Assembly: GCA_965655095.1 (NCBI GenBank)
Contig: OZ296655.1
Coordinates: 6,572,001-6,636,000, forward strand
Direction of reading: 5' to 3'
DNA from: Haplodiscus bocki
Lineage: Eukaryota
Length of the DNA: 64,000 nucleotides
Below, one piece after another: positions 22,435 to 35,649 of the stretch (position 1 is its first letter; the number at the start of each line of letters is the position of its first letter). Below the pieces are notes generated by a model, which saw nothing but the letters and a program-made list of their open reading frames with translations, searched no databases and was not told the DNA's origin. The translations under genes were made by a program, and so were the position numbers.

Positions 22435-23090
22435 TCAGACAACTGCTGGGGGCTTCAGTGTCGAGTTTGAGCGTGTGCTTGGGGATTCTCCGTTTGCTTT
22501 CCGGTTTTGGATTCTAGAACTCGTCTGTCTAGCGTAAGTGTTTGCCAGCAGAATTTGCGGCAAAGCAAGTATCTGAACCGAATTGAGAAATTGTTTAGGC
22601 AGCTGTTTAGTATTCACTTGGAGAGCAGTTAGGAAGTCAGTTACACCTACTGATGTATCTTATTCATCCATGAAAATGTTTTGATTTATCTCGTCAACAG
22701 TGACGCGGTTATTTTTTTGGATGGCCTTCAAGTTTTGCTTTGACCGTTCAATTTTTCCTCTAGCTCTTCCCGATTGCAGTAGGCCAGCCAAAACTTTGTC
22801 TGGTGTATTGTTTTGTTGGTAGTCAACGTTTACTTGTGACGTCGATGATTCTTTACTTGCCTTCTTGTGATCCTGAAACTTTGAGTTCAAATTGATTTGA
22901 GCAATCAACGCTTGTTCCTTGTCGATATGCGGATTCGTCGTCCCTTCACTTTTGCTGTTTAAAGAGGTTGATGCTGGCACCTGAGCGAGGAATTGCTGCT
23001 TCTGTTTTTCAGAAAAATCCAGACGTTTGCTTTCGTGTTGTGGTTGATTTTTCAGAAAGCAGTACTCGCGTTAGTTATTAGGACTTTTAA
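22435..23090 (-). pseudogene. Polinton hypothetical protein (fragmented)
   Basis: Consecutive same-strand ORF fragments between the integrase and the next conserved gene; no motif recognised. Confidence 0.45.
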
Positions 23091-23103
23091 AGCTCCTTTA
23101 AAG

Positions 23104-23400
23104 CTACCGTTTGATGTCATGGTAAGACTTTAAATGACTTAGCACCAACAGAAGAATGAATTTCAAAAAACGTAAACCTCTAGGAGAAGCCAGCAGCTGT
23201 TGCTTACGTTTGAGTGAATTGTCTTTCTTTGAACAGAGAGTCGCTATAGTGCTCTTTTCTCGTGAAAGTTTTGATATTTTCGCTTGAATACTTTTCGCTA
23301 GTTTGACATTTCCTTTTATCACGTTAAAGACGCAGTCGCAGAAGAGTTTAATTACTTCTTCAGAACAGTTCAAATTGAAACATCTTTTCAGTTTGAGAGA
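23104..23400 (-). CDS. Conserved small basic Polinton protein
   Basis: LFCDCVFNVIKGNVKL...KRKQQLL resembles the ECxxNxLxGNVxL pattern of the small gene usually next to the Maverick ATPase. Confidence 0.6.
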   Translation of the reverse strand, partial: SLKLKRCFNLNCSEEVIKLFCDCVFNVIKGNVKLAKSIQAKISKLSREKSTIATLCSKKDNSLKRKQQLLASPRGLRFLKFILLLVLSHLKSYHDIKR

Positions 23401-23417
23401 AAAATTTAATGTACAAG

Positions 23418-24119
23418 TTATTTGTAAAAAAATTTCGTAAACTCTTTTATTAAGTTCACGTATAGTTGATCTTTTGGACAGTAGAACAACGCAGGCTCGT
23501 CACCAGAACACTTGGAGGAATAGCTCAGTGTTTTACTACTTCTGACGTCTAAATCAATCATCAAATTAGCAAAGGGTTTGCGAGTAGCTCTTTTATATCC
23601 TTCCATTGTGAGGTGTCGCTCAGCTGATTGACGTCCGAAAAAACCAAACTGTTCTGAATCTCTTGGGTTAATGAAGAGAATATTCTGCGTGACATTCAAG
23701 TCGATTGTTTTCGAACTTTTTGTCTGTTGAAATAGATTGTTGCTTAAAACAACCAAATGGATGTTGGGATGTCGATCGGCAATAAATAGTGCAGGAAATT
23801 CTTTGCTTTTCACCGCTTCTTCGAATACATCATCCAGAACTAACAAGATCCGTTTTTTCTGCGCTTCAGCTTTTTCCAAGGACTTCTATTCTAATCCTTG
23901 AATAAATTCAATATCAACATGTGTGGAATCGCAGTTCATTAAAATAGTTCCATAATGTTCTCAATAATGATTAAAAAAGTAAATAAATTTGTCAAAGCTA
24001 GGTGAAAATAATGTTGCCTGATTGACAATCTTACGCCCAATCAGTCTGGTTTTCCCGGATCCTGCAGGACCCACAACAGAAACAAACCAATGAGGTTGAA
24101 TACTTATTCGCTTATTCAT
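23418..24119 (-). pseudogene. A32/FtsK-like packaging ATPase
   Basis: MNKRI...VVGPAGSGKT (Walker A, ~24049-24072), LLVLDD (Walker B), RH.NI...NLF. Internal stops. Confidence 0.9.
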
Positions 24120-24409
24120 CACTTTGGAGTGGGTAAATTATAACCTAAGCAAGCTGACAAGAGAGAAAGTATCCCTGATGCGAATCTATTGTCCGCCTCG
24201 CAAAATGTGAGGAAAGTTATACAAAAAATGACAAGAATCAAAATAACTAAGTAATGAATTAGTATTACGAGTAAAAAGCGATCGAGCTTGAAATCGCCAC
24301 CGCCGCAAAGGTTTACACAAAATGGTGGTCGCTCTTGATTATTTTCATCAAAAACAAGGCGATCGAGGTTACATTGAGAATTGTTCGCGAAATCAGGTTC
24401 ATCCACCAC
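24119..24409 (-). CDS. Small two-TM membrane protein
   Basis: Hydrophobic FLLVILIHYLVILILVIFCITFLTFC and GILSLLSACLGYNLPTPK. Its TGA overlaps the ATPase ATG. Confidence 0.65.
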   Translation of the reverse strand: MVDEPDFANNSQCNLDRLVFDENNQERPPFCVNLCGGGDFKLDRFLLVILIHYLVILILVIFCITFLTFCEADNRFASGILSLLSACLGYNLPTPK

Positions 24410-24557
24410 CTGTCATTCTTGATCTACACAAAATGCACTGTAATAACCACTAGAACGTGTCGATGTAACGTCTTGCATGGCAAACAAATTGTTCGCTGGA
24501 AGCCTTGCCTGTTCTGGAGAAACCCAAGCGTTTTCCACTTCGAATAAATTGAAATCG

Positions 24558-24960
24558 TTAGAACGGAAAGTTATCGAAGGAATCAGGCTTCAAAAATTTC
24601 ATTAACGTCCAAAAGAAAAATTCCGAAAAATGGCCCAATAGCATGCTGTTTTTGAAATATTTTTCACTAGTTAAGGGATAAACATAACCAGGTCCCACGT
24701 TGTTGACACTTCTCATATAGGCATCATGGAAGATGGCATGCATTCCTAAAACTTTTGAAAACTTCGACTAGTTATGTAGAAGGCTGTCGCTTGCTCCAGT
24801 TTGGCCATCAAAAGATGCCCTTGAGTTGACTTCATTCAAATCTATTGTGATGTCTACATAGAGACAAACAGCAAAAAGAGCGTTTTCAGATGTTGTGTTT
24901 TTTGGGAACCAGTATGTTACTCTCACAAAGTTTTTGCAAATGTCCTTCGAAGAAAACACT
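24558..24960 (-). pseudogene. Hypothetical Polinton protein with an HxxxHDAY motif (possible phospholipase A2-like)
   Basis: LGMHAIFHDAY...GPGYVY...LGH; fragmented. Confidence 0.4.
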
Positions 24961-25010
24961 TAAGTCAGCAATTTTGAATTTGGAGAAGCTTCTGTCTCAG
25001 AACAAAATTT

Positions 25011-26250
25011 TTACGGAAATGATGTATCAAGAATTGTGTTCTCATCATAAACAGAAAAAAGCTGCGAAGGGTAGTTGTTGCCTTCTTGAGCCGTCGAACC
25101 GATGATTTGAAGTGGCTGAGTCATACATTCGAAGTACGTGCATTGAGCATTTGTGACCCCCAAATCAATATCTAATGTCCGGCTGTGCTCAGTCACGAAA
25201 AATTGCCTAAATCCTTTTTGAAGAAGATCAATGTATGACAATATGCAGTCTTTGAAAGGTGCATCTGAACTTTCAAGCTCGAGCAGTCGTTGAAAAAGAA
25301 ACAATGCTTTCTTTGACCCAACGGATGCTCCCAGTGAATTGTGTTTTTCGTACTCCCAATCACTTTTGAATTTGCAACCAAGTGCTTCTGTGGTTTTCTG
25401 ATTCATGAGGGATTTCATCTTTTCGCCTCTTACCGAAATGGAATCGGCAGCTGATTTGTTGTTTGTTTCTGCTCTGAGAAAGTTTTCCGGATATGAGACT
25501 GTCATCAATTTCACATGCGCATTGTTTGCAGTCGATAGAACTTGAAGAATAGTCTGCTTCAGAAAAGTTTCGGCTTCAGCACAATCAGGAAGATAAAGCA
25601 GAGTATGGCGATGATTCGAGGGCACCGTTTGGCAAATTTCCTCCAATTGCCCACAGCTGAATTCATTCTGAAGGTGTTCTCGGCTTAAATTTTTAGCGTT
25701 GTGCGAGCACATGAGATTTTTTAGAGCATTGCACAGACTGGGAGGCATCGAATCAGGAAACATTTTTCGTGTGGTTTCAGAAAGCTTCTCAATAGTGGTA
25801 GTTTCGTCCGTATGAAATAGGAGCAACCAAAAGTTCGACGGAATTTCTCTGAAAAAAGTTGTCATTTGTTTCAACTAGCGAATATTTTCAGCCACTGATT
25901 GTGGTTTTAAATCTTTTAAAAATGAAGCGTCTCACAGTTGTTATCTCACCCACCTCCTAATAGGGAACTTCCCGTTCGATGTCTAGGAGATTTCCATCAA
26001 AATGGAAGAAAAGCATACTTGGCACAGTTACGATCTTTGATAAGTCCCTGTTTGCAACTGGGCCACGTGAATGTGCCACAGAACGCGATACTGCTGTTAC
26101 TGTTTTCCTAGGTTTTCGTTTTGGATTGACTTCAACACTTATCGAATGCTCGAGAAAAAAAATATTTTTACGACGTTGGTGCTGCATGCTTTGGAAGGTT
26201 AGTTTAGCATCATTTAATCTTTTCTCAGGGGGTCCAATGCTTTTTTCCAC
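25011..26250 (-). pseudogene. Polinton hypothetical protein(s)
   Basis: 287-aa ORF plus an upstream 97-aa ORF on the same strand, directly inside the right TIR; no recognised motif. Confidence 0.5.
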
Positions 26251-26329
26251 TCTCTGAATCGACGAAGTCTCGAAAATGAATTATTTCACTCTTTGTAGAA
26301 CCAGTTGTTACATTTTGACTGATGAACAA

Positions 26330-26495
26330 TAGAAAATTTGCTTTGTCAACGAATTGTGACGGTTGGTTTACTTACTGTTTACTTAGTTAACAAAATTCAA
26401 TTTCGGTTGAATTTGTACTTTGACCTTTTTGACTTAAAAAATTTTCGGTTTGCGAGTCAAAATTGCAGCAACCCCCCCCCCCTTCCTTCACTGCT
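26330..26495 (-). repeat. Polinton right TIR
   Basis: tagaaaatttgc...ccccttccttcactgct is inverted relative to 12211-12373. Confidence 0.9.
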
Positions 26496-26830
26496 AATAT
26501 CCTTCAGGAAATTAGTTTTACTATTAGAAAGTGGGTTGTAGAGACAGCTGATTTTCATTGTTTTTGGTGTTTCGCATTTGAAAAGCGCCACTGTCAAAGG
26601 ACATGGACTCTTGTATTCATTGAGACACCAAGGACGGTTTCTATATTATGTTAAATAGATTAATTATGTTAAAACGGAACCTTTCGGTTGAAGTATCTTC
26701 ATACATCTTTCGGTGAGACATATAATAAACAGCTCGCTACCACATGTAACGAGCAAATTTAGTTCGCCGAAAAGGTGTTTTCAACGACTGAATAATCAAA
26801 TGTGAAATCCTTTTATTATTTTCATCACGT
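26496..26830 (-). mobile_element. 5' part of the interrupted LINE endonuclease
   Basis: ISHLIIQSLK...CLTER (cf. HLNIxSL...CLTETW) and YNPLSNSKTNFLKD, which continues across the TSD into the left flank. Confidence 0.65.
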
Positions 26831-27449
26831 AATTCCTTAGTGCTGGCACCCTTCTCATTAGGTAAATGATTTTTGTGAATTTTAAATTATCCGAATCAAA
26901 GTATCACAAACTGTAGAGGACAGCCAGGAATATTACTCTGCGCACATATTTCTAATACGGAAGTATAACCATCCACTCAGATATGTGCTTTTTTTCCAAG
27001 TTTGTTTGCGCATTGTCCGAACAGAATGACTAAATTTTGATTTTGAAATTTTTCAATCCACAAATTGTAGCAAACTTGCCACAGAATGGGACTGAAACGG
27101 TAAAAATTCTCAAATACGTATGAAACTTCTTTTTTTTCGAGAAAAGTTGAGGTTTTCTCTTAGAATTTATCATTATCAAAATTAGTAAAGCAGGCAACAT
27201 TGCCGTAGTATGCGTATCAAAAGTTTTTTTCTTCAAAAAAATCGTTTCAAACTTAGTTTTGAGTTTGTTTTACGAAAATTTTTTTTAATTTGGAAAGATT
27301 AGAATGTTTGATGAAGAAAGAGTATTGTTTAAAAAAAAGCTTTCACCATTTTAAAACCTATTTTTAACAAATTTGGAGGGCGGTAAAAACCAGTGATGGC
27401 CGGCCGTCTCATCACAACAGTTTTGGGACTTGAGAGCCATCAGATTGGA

Positions 27450-29560
27450 TGGATATATGTGCTTTTTTAAAATGCTTCAGTGTAAAATTTGTACAAGGCA
27501 GAAAGGAAATCTATTGCAAGCAGTTAAACTCTCATACTCATTTTTGGCAGAGGCCCTGAAAAGATGACGTGGCTGTGGTTTTACAAAAGAAATATGATTT
27601 GTCAGCGGACTCGACGTCTTGTGGATACATGTACCATCATACATTACCCGGTGATGTGGTCGATTCGTTTTTACCATTTTTTTCATGGAACGGATCAAAA
27701 GAAAATCTCACACTGTCGTGCCAATATCAGAGGCTTCCGCTGAAGGCAATTAAACTTATCGAGATCAACATCAAAAAGATTGTTAAACATACTAATCAGT
27801 AAAAGCACGTCATTAAATTGTGGTTTTAGTGATGTTGGGTAGTAGTTCCACATGGTACAGACGTTCACGCCTACTATGCGACTTGCCATGATTCATAATT
27901 GAGGTTGCGTGAGATTTGATTTTTTCTCGAAGTGCTCCAATAGCCTTATTTTAACATGCTATATTGGAAATCCACCAAAAAGTGCGGGTAGGATTTAAAA
28001 AATTGCAGTGGCTGCAATCTTTTTTCACATGATGAGATGCGAGGCAACTTTTTTTTCATCAACAGAAAGTATTTTGTTGACTTTGCTATGCGTTCGCTTA
28101 TGTATTGTTTTCATGCTAGGGGATAGAATAACACTCTCAAAATTTTTACACTATCAATACTAATACTCACAGTTTGACAAGAACCGAAGGGCACATCGAT
28201 TGGATAGTCTGCATCGACCACTTTGGTGATTCGATTTTCCATTTTTTTTAGAAGGAGTCTAACCTGGCAATATGTAGATTTGGCCTCGCAGTCCTTCCAC
28301 TGGGCTCTCGAAGACTTTGAGTGAACCTCATAACACTTCCAAGTATCATTCCAAACACATATTTCATCTTTAGGGACTCTAAACATACCGACCCCGGTAG
28401 AGTGACTTGTGAAACTCCTGTCTTTCTGGTACACACTCTGAATTTTTAGCCCTGGCAGACAGTTTGTAAGCTGTGAGGTGATGAACTTGAGCAGTTTACC
28501 ATTTATTCCAAAGTGCTTTTCTCTTCATGAGTAGCTAATGGTGGGAATGTTTTCGACAGTCCAGAATGATCAAGATACAAGAAGAATCTTGGATCATAGT
28601 TATCCGACAGGACATTCGCATATTCCAAGAGGCAACACAGCGTTGATTGCCGTGTCAGAAACTCATATGGAGATTATGTGATTTCGCAAAGCACAAGGGA
28701 ACTCAATCAAAATGAGTCTGTAAGACACATGAAGATTTGGAAAGAATACTTTAAGGTGTTTAAAAAGTCTTTGTTGTCTCCTTCCACTTTTTTATACAGG
28801 AAACACAATTGCAAACTTCTATGAAAAACAAAGCCTAGTATCTAGTGTGCTGTAAAAGAGCTGTTTGGTACGAGGTGTTAACTCTGTTGCAAGTTGAAGC
28901 AGAATAATTCCTGGAAGACAGTCGTGACCAATGCCAAATGAAGCATTGGAAAGCACTACTTACACGGTGTTTGCGCAATTGCAACTATAGTTCAACTCAA
29001 AATTTTCTTGGCCGAGTTCATTGGTATGTAAACGTTTGGCAAAGATGCAACGAAGAGTCATTCAGAGTAAAGTAGTGCTTTGTATCAAGAATATTTTTTC
29101 GTTTCATAAGTCACACAGGAGAGCACAAGCTTCTTATTGATTAGTGCGTTGAATGGTCTGCAGCATCGTTTTAGGGTTAGCAATTCTGAATAGAAACTTT
29201 CGAGGTAAAGGGTTTGTCAATTTCAATGGAATCTTCAAGGTCTTTGAGTGAATGCATGTCTTTTTATCCGTTTTAGTAAGAGTTGTGCATGTGGTATTTA
29301 AGATAGGAGGAAGTATTAAAGTTGTATCTGTGAATCGTTTGAGATCAGCAAAAACAAGGGAGTATCTGTCGTAGCTTCCGTTTTCGGGGAGTTCAGACAG
29401 AAAACATTCCATCAAATTGCTGTACGAAGTAGGAAAATTACTTATCTGTGAAGTGAATGAATCAAAGTGTAGTGGTTGCTAGTTCATAGCATGTACAGTT
29501 CACTCAACTTGACTATGAGCGGTACTGAAAAGTGCGTTTGGTAAAGCAGCACAGCTGAAG
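27450..29560 (-). mobile_element. Decayed LINE (RT region)
   Basis: Remnants PGIILLQLATEL, AIVFPV*KSG, LDHSGLSKTF and DVPFGS (cf. GVPQGS) in RT order; many stops. Confidence 0.6.
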
Positions 29561-30099
29561 TCTACACTCCCAATATCCACTAAGTTAGAAAGATGGAACT
29601 ATCAGAGTAGCTATCAGAGTAGCTTATTCTAATATCCAGGCATATTCTAAATTCCACAAACGAAACAAAAATTTCATGTTGATGGTAGATTTCCCCGTGA
29701 GCAAAGAAAATCTACATTACTGATTCGATAAAGATTTGTAAAGGGGCGTTGCAAAATACAGTAAGTCCTAAACAATTCTTGATAAAAGTAACTTCTGTAG
29801 TGTAGCAAACTTGTATATTGATTTAAGGGCTGGAGTTTTTTTAGTTGACTTCGCCCAAAATCGAAACTTCACCATGGGACGATGAGCAAATTTGACGATT
29901 AGGAACTGTGTAATGAACTGGATGAATGAATGTTTTCGTTAAAACTTGGGTGATTCCAAATCTAAGAACAAGAATTAATTTTGTGACTTTTTGTCAGACT
30001 TTTATTACCAACCCGAAACGTGGGACATTGAGCCTAAATGCTGTGACAAATTTATTTGATAGCCTCGGCTGTGTAAGTTTTTTCAGATATACTGTAAAA

Positions 30100-33000
30100 T
30101 AACCGATGGCGCCAACGCGCAACAACTCAGCATCTGCGCCAAACACAGCAAAGAAGGACGACGGCAGCAATCACCTCATGGAGTGCACTGGACCTGGAAT
30201 GGACGGGAATCTGGACAAACGTTTGGGTGTCTACGCCCATTCCCCAAAAACATCCTCGCAAGACCCTTTCTTTGCGGCTTCTGCGCTGTTGAGGAGCTGC
30301 AGGAGATGAAAACTTCTACTGTGGATGACCGGTTGCCAATCATAGAGGCTGCAGCATTGAACAGTGCGGGAGAACGCGCGCATAAACGGTGTAGAGGAGG
30401 AGCCGGATGAACCATCGCCAGGGTGGTTAGTGTGGCTGAAAAAAACCGGAATCACAATCACAGCTAAAGATGCTAGTACCTGTCACCGTTTAACGGGCGG
30501 AAGTAAGGGCCCAAAACCTTTAAAGGATAAACTTGTCCGGCAAGATACTGAGCACCAATTGACGAAGCACAAAAGGAATCTGAAGGAAACCAGTACCTTT
30601 GTAAATGATGACTTGAGCCTTTACGTGCAAAAAGAACCCGTGATTTTTGAGGAGAGAAGATCATGTTCGTGGTGGTGAAACTGCAAACGAGAAAACTATT
30701 GTATTTATCTACGAAATTCGAAAGCTGGTATTTGGTATTCTTTACCAGCTACAAAAGTGGGATAATGAGCTACTCTCTAATGCCTCCAATAGTTCGAAAA
30801 AAATTTCGTTGTCAAACCTTGGGATGTGTGACAAAATTTGTAACACTTTAGGTTTTTTCCTGTAGGCATCTTTACTCATGGGAAAGTTCCGTGACAAGGA
30901 AGAAAATCGTAGTCTTTAAACGAGCTATGAAATGTTTTCTCAGTTAACTGTGAAATTTAAAAAACCAATGTCCTTCATTCACATTAACGTCCAAAGTGTA
31001 ACAAAAAAACGGATGCAATTGAATTCTATTGTTAGTGAAATGGGCGAAAATGCTATATTTGGTATCTATGAAACGGGGCTCACGCTTGATGATGACTTAT
31101 GTTTAAGGAACATCGCTTCTTCAACCCATGAACTGTATAGATGTGATAGAAGACGAAACAAGGAATAAAAGAAGGGTGGCAGTGTAATCTTTTTTGTACC
31201 TTTAAGACCAGCACCGCAAGAACGTGAAGGTTTGAAAACTTTTGATGAATCCGAATTTGAATCTTTATGGTTTGAATGCTGCTGTAATTTTTCTGAAAAA
31301 TTTAGGTCAAGAAGTCTTCTGAACGTAAGCTATAATCCTATGAAATCGAAACGAATTGACTTTCCCTACTACTTGTTGAGTAATATTGATAACGATATTT
31401 GCGAATCGCTTCTGATCACCGTGATGGGTAACTACAATTTTGTGTTTTTTACAACGTTTGAACGGGAAACACTGGCAACAGTGAATTTGTTCGTTTTTCA
31501 GTTGCTGGTTCAAGTTTGCCAACAAATATATGTGAAACTACGAAATGGCACCTTGATAAAAATCTAAGGGAAAGTATACCAAAGCTTTGTTTTAGTAGTT
31601 CATTCGAAAACGATCACTTCGGTTGCGATCTATTTATAGACATTGCTGTTGAAAATCTCACTCGCATCATACTTCATAGATTTGACAAGAGAAAGTATCA
31701 CAATCGCTTTTTGCAAAGCATGGTCAGGACTCTCATGGTTTAAAGTATATCGGTTTTCAACTCTTAGTGATTTGTTTGATATGTTTGTCTATTTGTTGTT
31801 TACAGCTGTGGAAAAACATGCTCAACTCAAAAAAGTTTTCCTAACGAAGAAAATTCCGAAAGTTTTGAAAGAAACCTGGTTTGATCAAGACTGCAAAAGT
31901 TTGCTTGCTAAACGCCAACTCGCCTGTGCAAGTTACAGTCAAAATGCATCTGCTGATAATTGGTCTGCTTTTAGCAGAAGCCGATTGAAACTCACAAATG
32001 TTACAAAAGATAAACAGAAGTCATCCTCCCGAAAGTATTTTTCCTCCCATGGCTCTGCGAAAGACCGTTGGATTTTTTTAAATGCGTCAGAGGGAGAAAT
32101 CTCCATTCAGTTAATCTCACAGCAGTACAAAACTCGTTTGGGCAGTTGATAGTCAATAACAATAAAACTGCCAATTACAGTTTTTTACAATTAAAATACT
32201 TCAATTTCGTTTTTTCAAATCTAGGATAATACTTTCGCAAATTAATAGAAGAAGCCCCAATTTTACAGCTGCTAAAGGTTGTTTCTGTTTCTGGGCCGTA
32301 TCAGAGAAAGACTATTTCGATATATTTAAAGACCTACACCCCAATAGGCCTACGGGTCCTTAAAAAATTCCCGCTTAGGCAATTTTTGACAGTAAACAAA
32401 TTCCTGTTCCACATTTAACATTCAATTTAAATGAATGCATCAAAAACTGCAGCTTCACGGCGAAGCCAAAAAAAAGCTACCATAACCCCGATCTACAAAA
32501 AAAGTGATGTTCTGCATGCAGCAAATTATCGTGCCATCTCAGTTACTACATCGTTCTCGAAAATCGTCGAGCGTACATTACATAAGGAAATAACAAGGTA
32601 TGTTGAAAATAAAGGATTACTTACACCGTTTCGATTTCGATTTAGAAGTGGGGTCTCATCACAAGATGCCATTGTTTGTTGTGTTGAAACACTTTGTCAT
32701 GAAATAGAAAATGACGATTTGGTTCATGCAGTTTTTTTGGATTTACCTAAAGCTTTTGACTCAGTATCACATGAAAATCTCTGAAAAAACTGAAATCACT
32801 GAATATCTTTCATTCGCTTATTGAATGCATTGAGAGTTTCTGGACGAAAAGATTACCGCAAGTTACAGTAAAGAGAATATTCTGCGACTGCATTGAACTG
32901 AAACAAGGTGTTCCTCAAAGAAGTGTGCTGGCACCCTTGCTGTTCAACTTTTATCTAAAAGAATTAAGATCTCGAATCAAATTCTTGCAAATGCTCATAA

Positions 33001-33900
33001 AGTTCAATATGCTGATGATTGCTTGCTCTATTACAGCTGTAGTGACTCGGAGATTGCACTCAACCGCTCACAAAAAATATAGTAAACCTGGAAAATACTT
33101 CTTTTAACCGGTTGAACCTGAACGACAGTACAACAGAAATAACCACTTTTTCTCGCAAAAATGATAAACGTCTGCAGAACTCAGAAACAGTTGTAGTAGG
33201 CTCATCCAGAACTGAAAAGTTGAATCAGTGTAAGTATCTAGGTGTAGCAGTTGTTAAGCGCATAGATTTTCCAACTGAAACCAAAAATATGTCGGAAAAA
33301 GGCCCTGGGTAACAAAAACCATCATTTTTATACAACGTAAATTTCCAACAACAGTTCTTCTCATGCTTTTCCAAGCTCTTGTTTTGTGTCATTTCGAACA
33401 TTCTGCTTTATTTCTGATGCAAACTACCTCAACGCGTTTACTAGCGTTAGAGAAAAAGATGAATTGGTCTTCAAAGTCTGTTCATTTTCGTTCCAGTATC
33501 CAACTTTCTTGTGGTTTGAGAATATACAAAAGTACACTCAGCGTTCGGCAACTTACAGAACTGAAGTCATTGACCTTTTTCCTCCAGTTAACCAACAAAG
33601 AAAACCTTCATAGGCAGAATAAAGTTACCCACCGCATGTTTTCGATTGAACAACCGTTCAAATCAAATATTTCGTTTGGGGAAGGTACCATCGGTTTTAT
33701 CTTCCTCGAAGTTTTCTTTCACCACATTTCTTTGAAGTGGAACTCACTGCCCCTAAGTATGTGTGATACAAGTGGAGGTCTTCAGATAATCAAAAGTAGA
33801 CTAAAAAGTTTCTTTTTAAGTGAGACTAATGCAGTCTCTTGATTTCCGTTTCACAAAACCCGATGCCTTAGTAATACAACGATAAAATCATTTATGTTCG
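30100..33900 (+). mobile_element. Decayed CR1/L2-like LINE (ORF1 plus EN-RT ORF2), copy 1
   Basis: ORF1: RINGVEE..STCHRL..PKPL..FVNDDLS. ORF2: HINVQSV, IYET, SYNP, MGNYN, ANYRAIS, FLDLPKAFDSVSH, GVPQRSVLAPLLF, QYADD, KYLGV. Confidence 0.9.
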
Positions 33901-33989
33901 ATGCATAAATCGTTCACACTTTATTGTATACCTATAGTCAGCTATCTCTATACAAAAACCATTGTTATAAATCACTCTTTCTTTCTTTC

Positions 33990-34720
33990 TCACGTTTCAC
34001 TGAACCAAGTAGTGTTTTGTTTCAGAAGCAACAATTCTGTAGTTGTTTTGGAATGTGACAATCAGGGTAATAACAGAATTCATTCCTCTTGAACAGGTAT
34101 GCTTCATTAAGTTTGACGCTAAAGTTCGAGAATCCAATAAACATGAGAACTGCTTCGTTATTGAGCCCGTAAGTCTAAGGATACTTTTATCCCATCGATT
34201 GCAGTGGACAACTTTGCCACGTATTAGAGAGTTAGAGAGGTCCTGCCCTATTTTTTGGACAGAAACCGTGAAATCGAAGTTCTTTGTCATCGGGCGAAAA
34301 AATTTTCGCAGAATGTTGGGTAGTGGATACTTGTGTAGAGAAGACTGACTTTTGGATCAACATCGCTTGCGTCCGACACATCTTCATATCTGATCACGCC
34401 TATGGTAAAAACAGAATGCTGAATTGCTTGATATTATAATTTAAAAATTTGAAGTGTCTTTCCTGTCGGTATTTGACAAAGTGTTTTGTGTCCCAGCATT
34501 TCTTCAATGCATGCGGTCAAGCCCTGTCGAAAAAAAGACTACCCAGTACTCGCAATGGAACTAAAACTTCCAAAACTTTCCTACACTGGTACAACTTTTG
34601 TTTATGTAAACTGATGCGTTTTTTATACGGATCACTTTACCAGACTCATTCAGAGTATTTTAACTTGGAAAATACTGTTTTTACATCAAGTTACTTAGTG
34701 AATATTGAAAATGAATCCAC
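33990..34720 (-). mobile_element. Decayed LINE RT fragment (repeated at +8524)
   Basis: KNFDFTVS...IRGKVVHCNRWDKSILR resembles KAFDTV / GIxGKxxxWxxSYL. Confidence 0.4.
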
Positions 34721-35649
34721 CTTTTGAATGTAAGTAATTTGATTGATTGCAGTAAGTGCAGTTCAAAACAGTGGCTAAAATCAAAATTGTGCTGAAAGTA
34801 GGTTGACCAAGTTACAGTGCATTTGACTCTAGGAGTGATGATTTGCTCCGTAGGTCTTCCGTCGCTGCTAGTCTGGTGACGTCATTTCTGCTCCAATACC
34901 TATGCCGTGCTGCACTACTGTGGTGAATACGGCGTGACTCCGTGTTCGTTTCTCATTTGATTACAGTCTGTCTCATTCAACTACTACTAATGGTGCCTAC
35001 GGATTTATCCGAAAACTACTCATTGATACTCGTCTGAATGAGGCCTACATTAGAAGTGCTACTAGTTTCTGATCATTTCCTAAAGAGTAAAGACTAATGA
35101 AATAAATTGTGATGAAGCATACATTAATGTGTTGATGAATATTAATTTTTGTTTTCTTCCCATTTTCCCATTAAAGTTGCTAATACTCCACGAATTTCTT
35201 TAGTAATTCATCTGTTATTTTTCCATTTTGCAATTCAAAAAATGAGCTGTATTTGTAAAATGAAATGCGGGCTCGTGAATAAGCAGTTTCTCATCCATTT
35301 TTGACAGATTAGGTTTATCCATTTTCCTTCGAAGGACGAAAACGAGGCGTCCTAGCAGGAAGAAATGGATGTAAAGGTTCTTCATTGCCACCAGCATCGG
35401 CATTTTACTCTTTTATTTTGGATTTTGTCAGTGTATTTTTCCCCATTTGTACCTTCACGTGGCGTTTAAACAAATGTGTCTCCCGCCAAGAAGACGGTAT
35501 AAACAGCCGAAAAAGAATTTTTTTCTTGTACTGATGAAAGTAACCAGTTAATTTTGTTTTCCTACGATAAACACTTTTTACTATTGCCCAGTTGATTTCC
35601 GTAGAAAATTAATTCGAACTTCACCGCTATACTTTGTTTTCCCATACAG

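Larger units (their letters stand above)
12211..26495 (+). mobile_element. Full-length decayed Polinton/Maverick (~14.3 kb)
   Basis: ~165-bp TIRs, AGT/AGC terminal repeats, near-perfect 6-bp TSD (gatatc/aatatc). Encodes pPolB, cysteine protease, major and minor capsid proteins, integrase and packaging ATPase. Confidence 0.95.
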
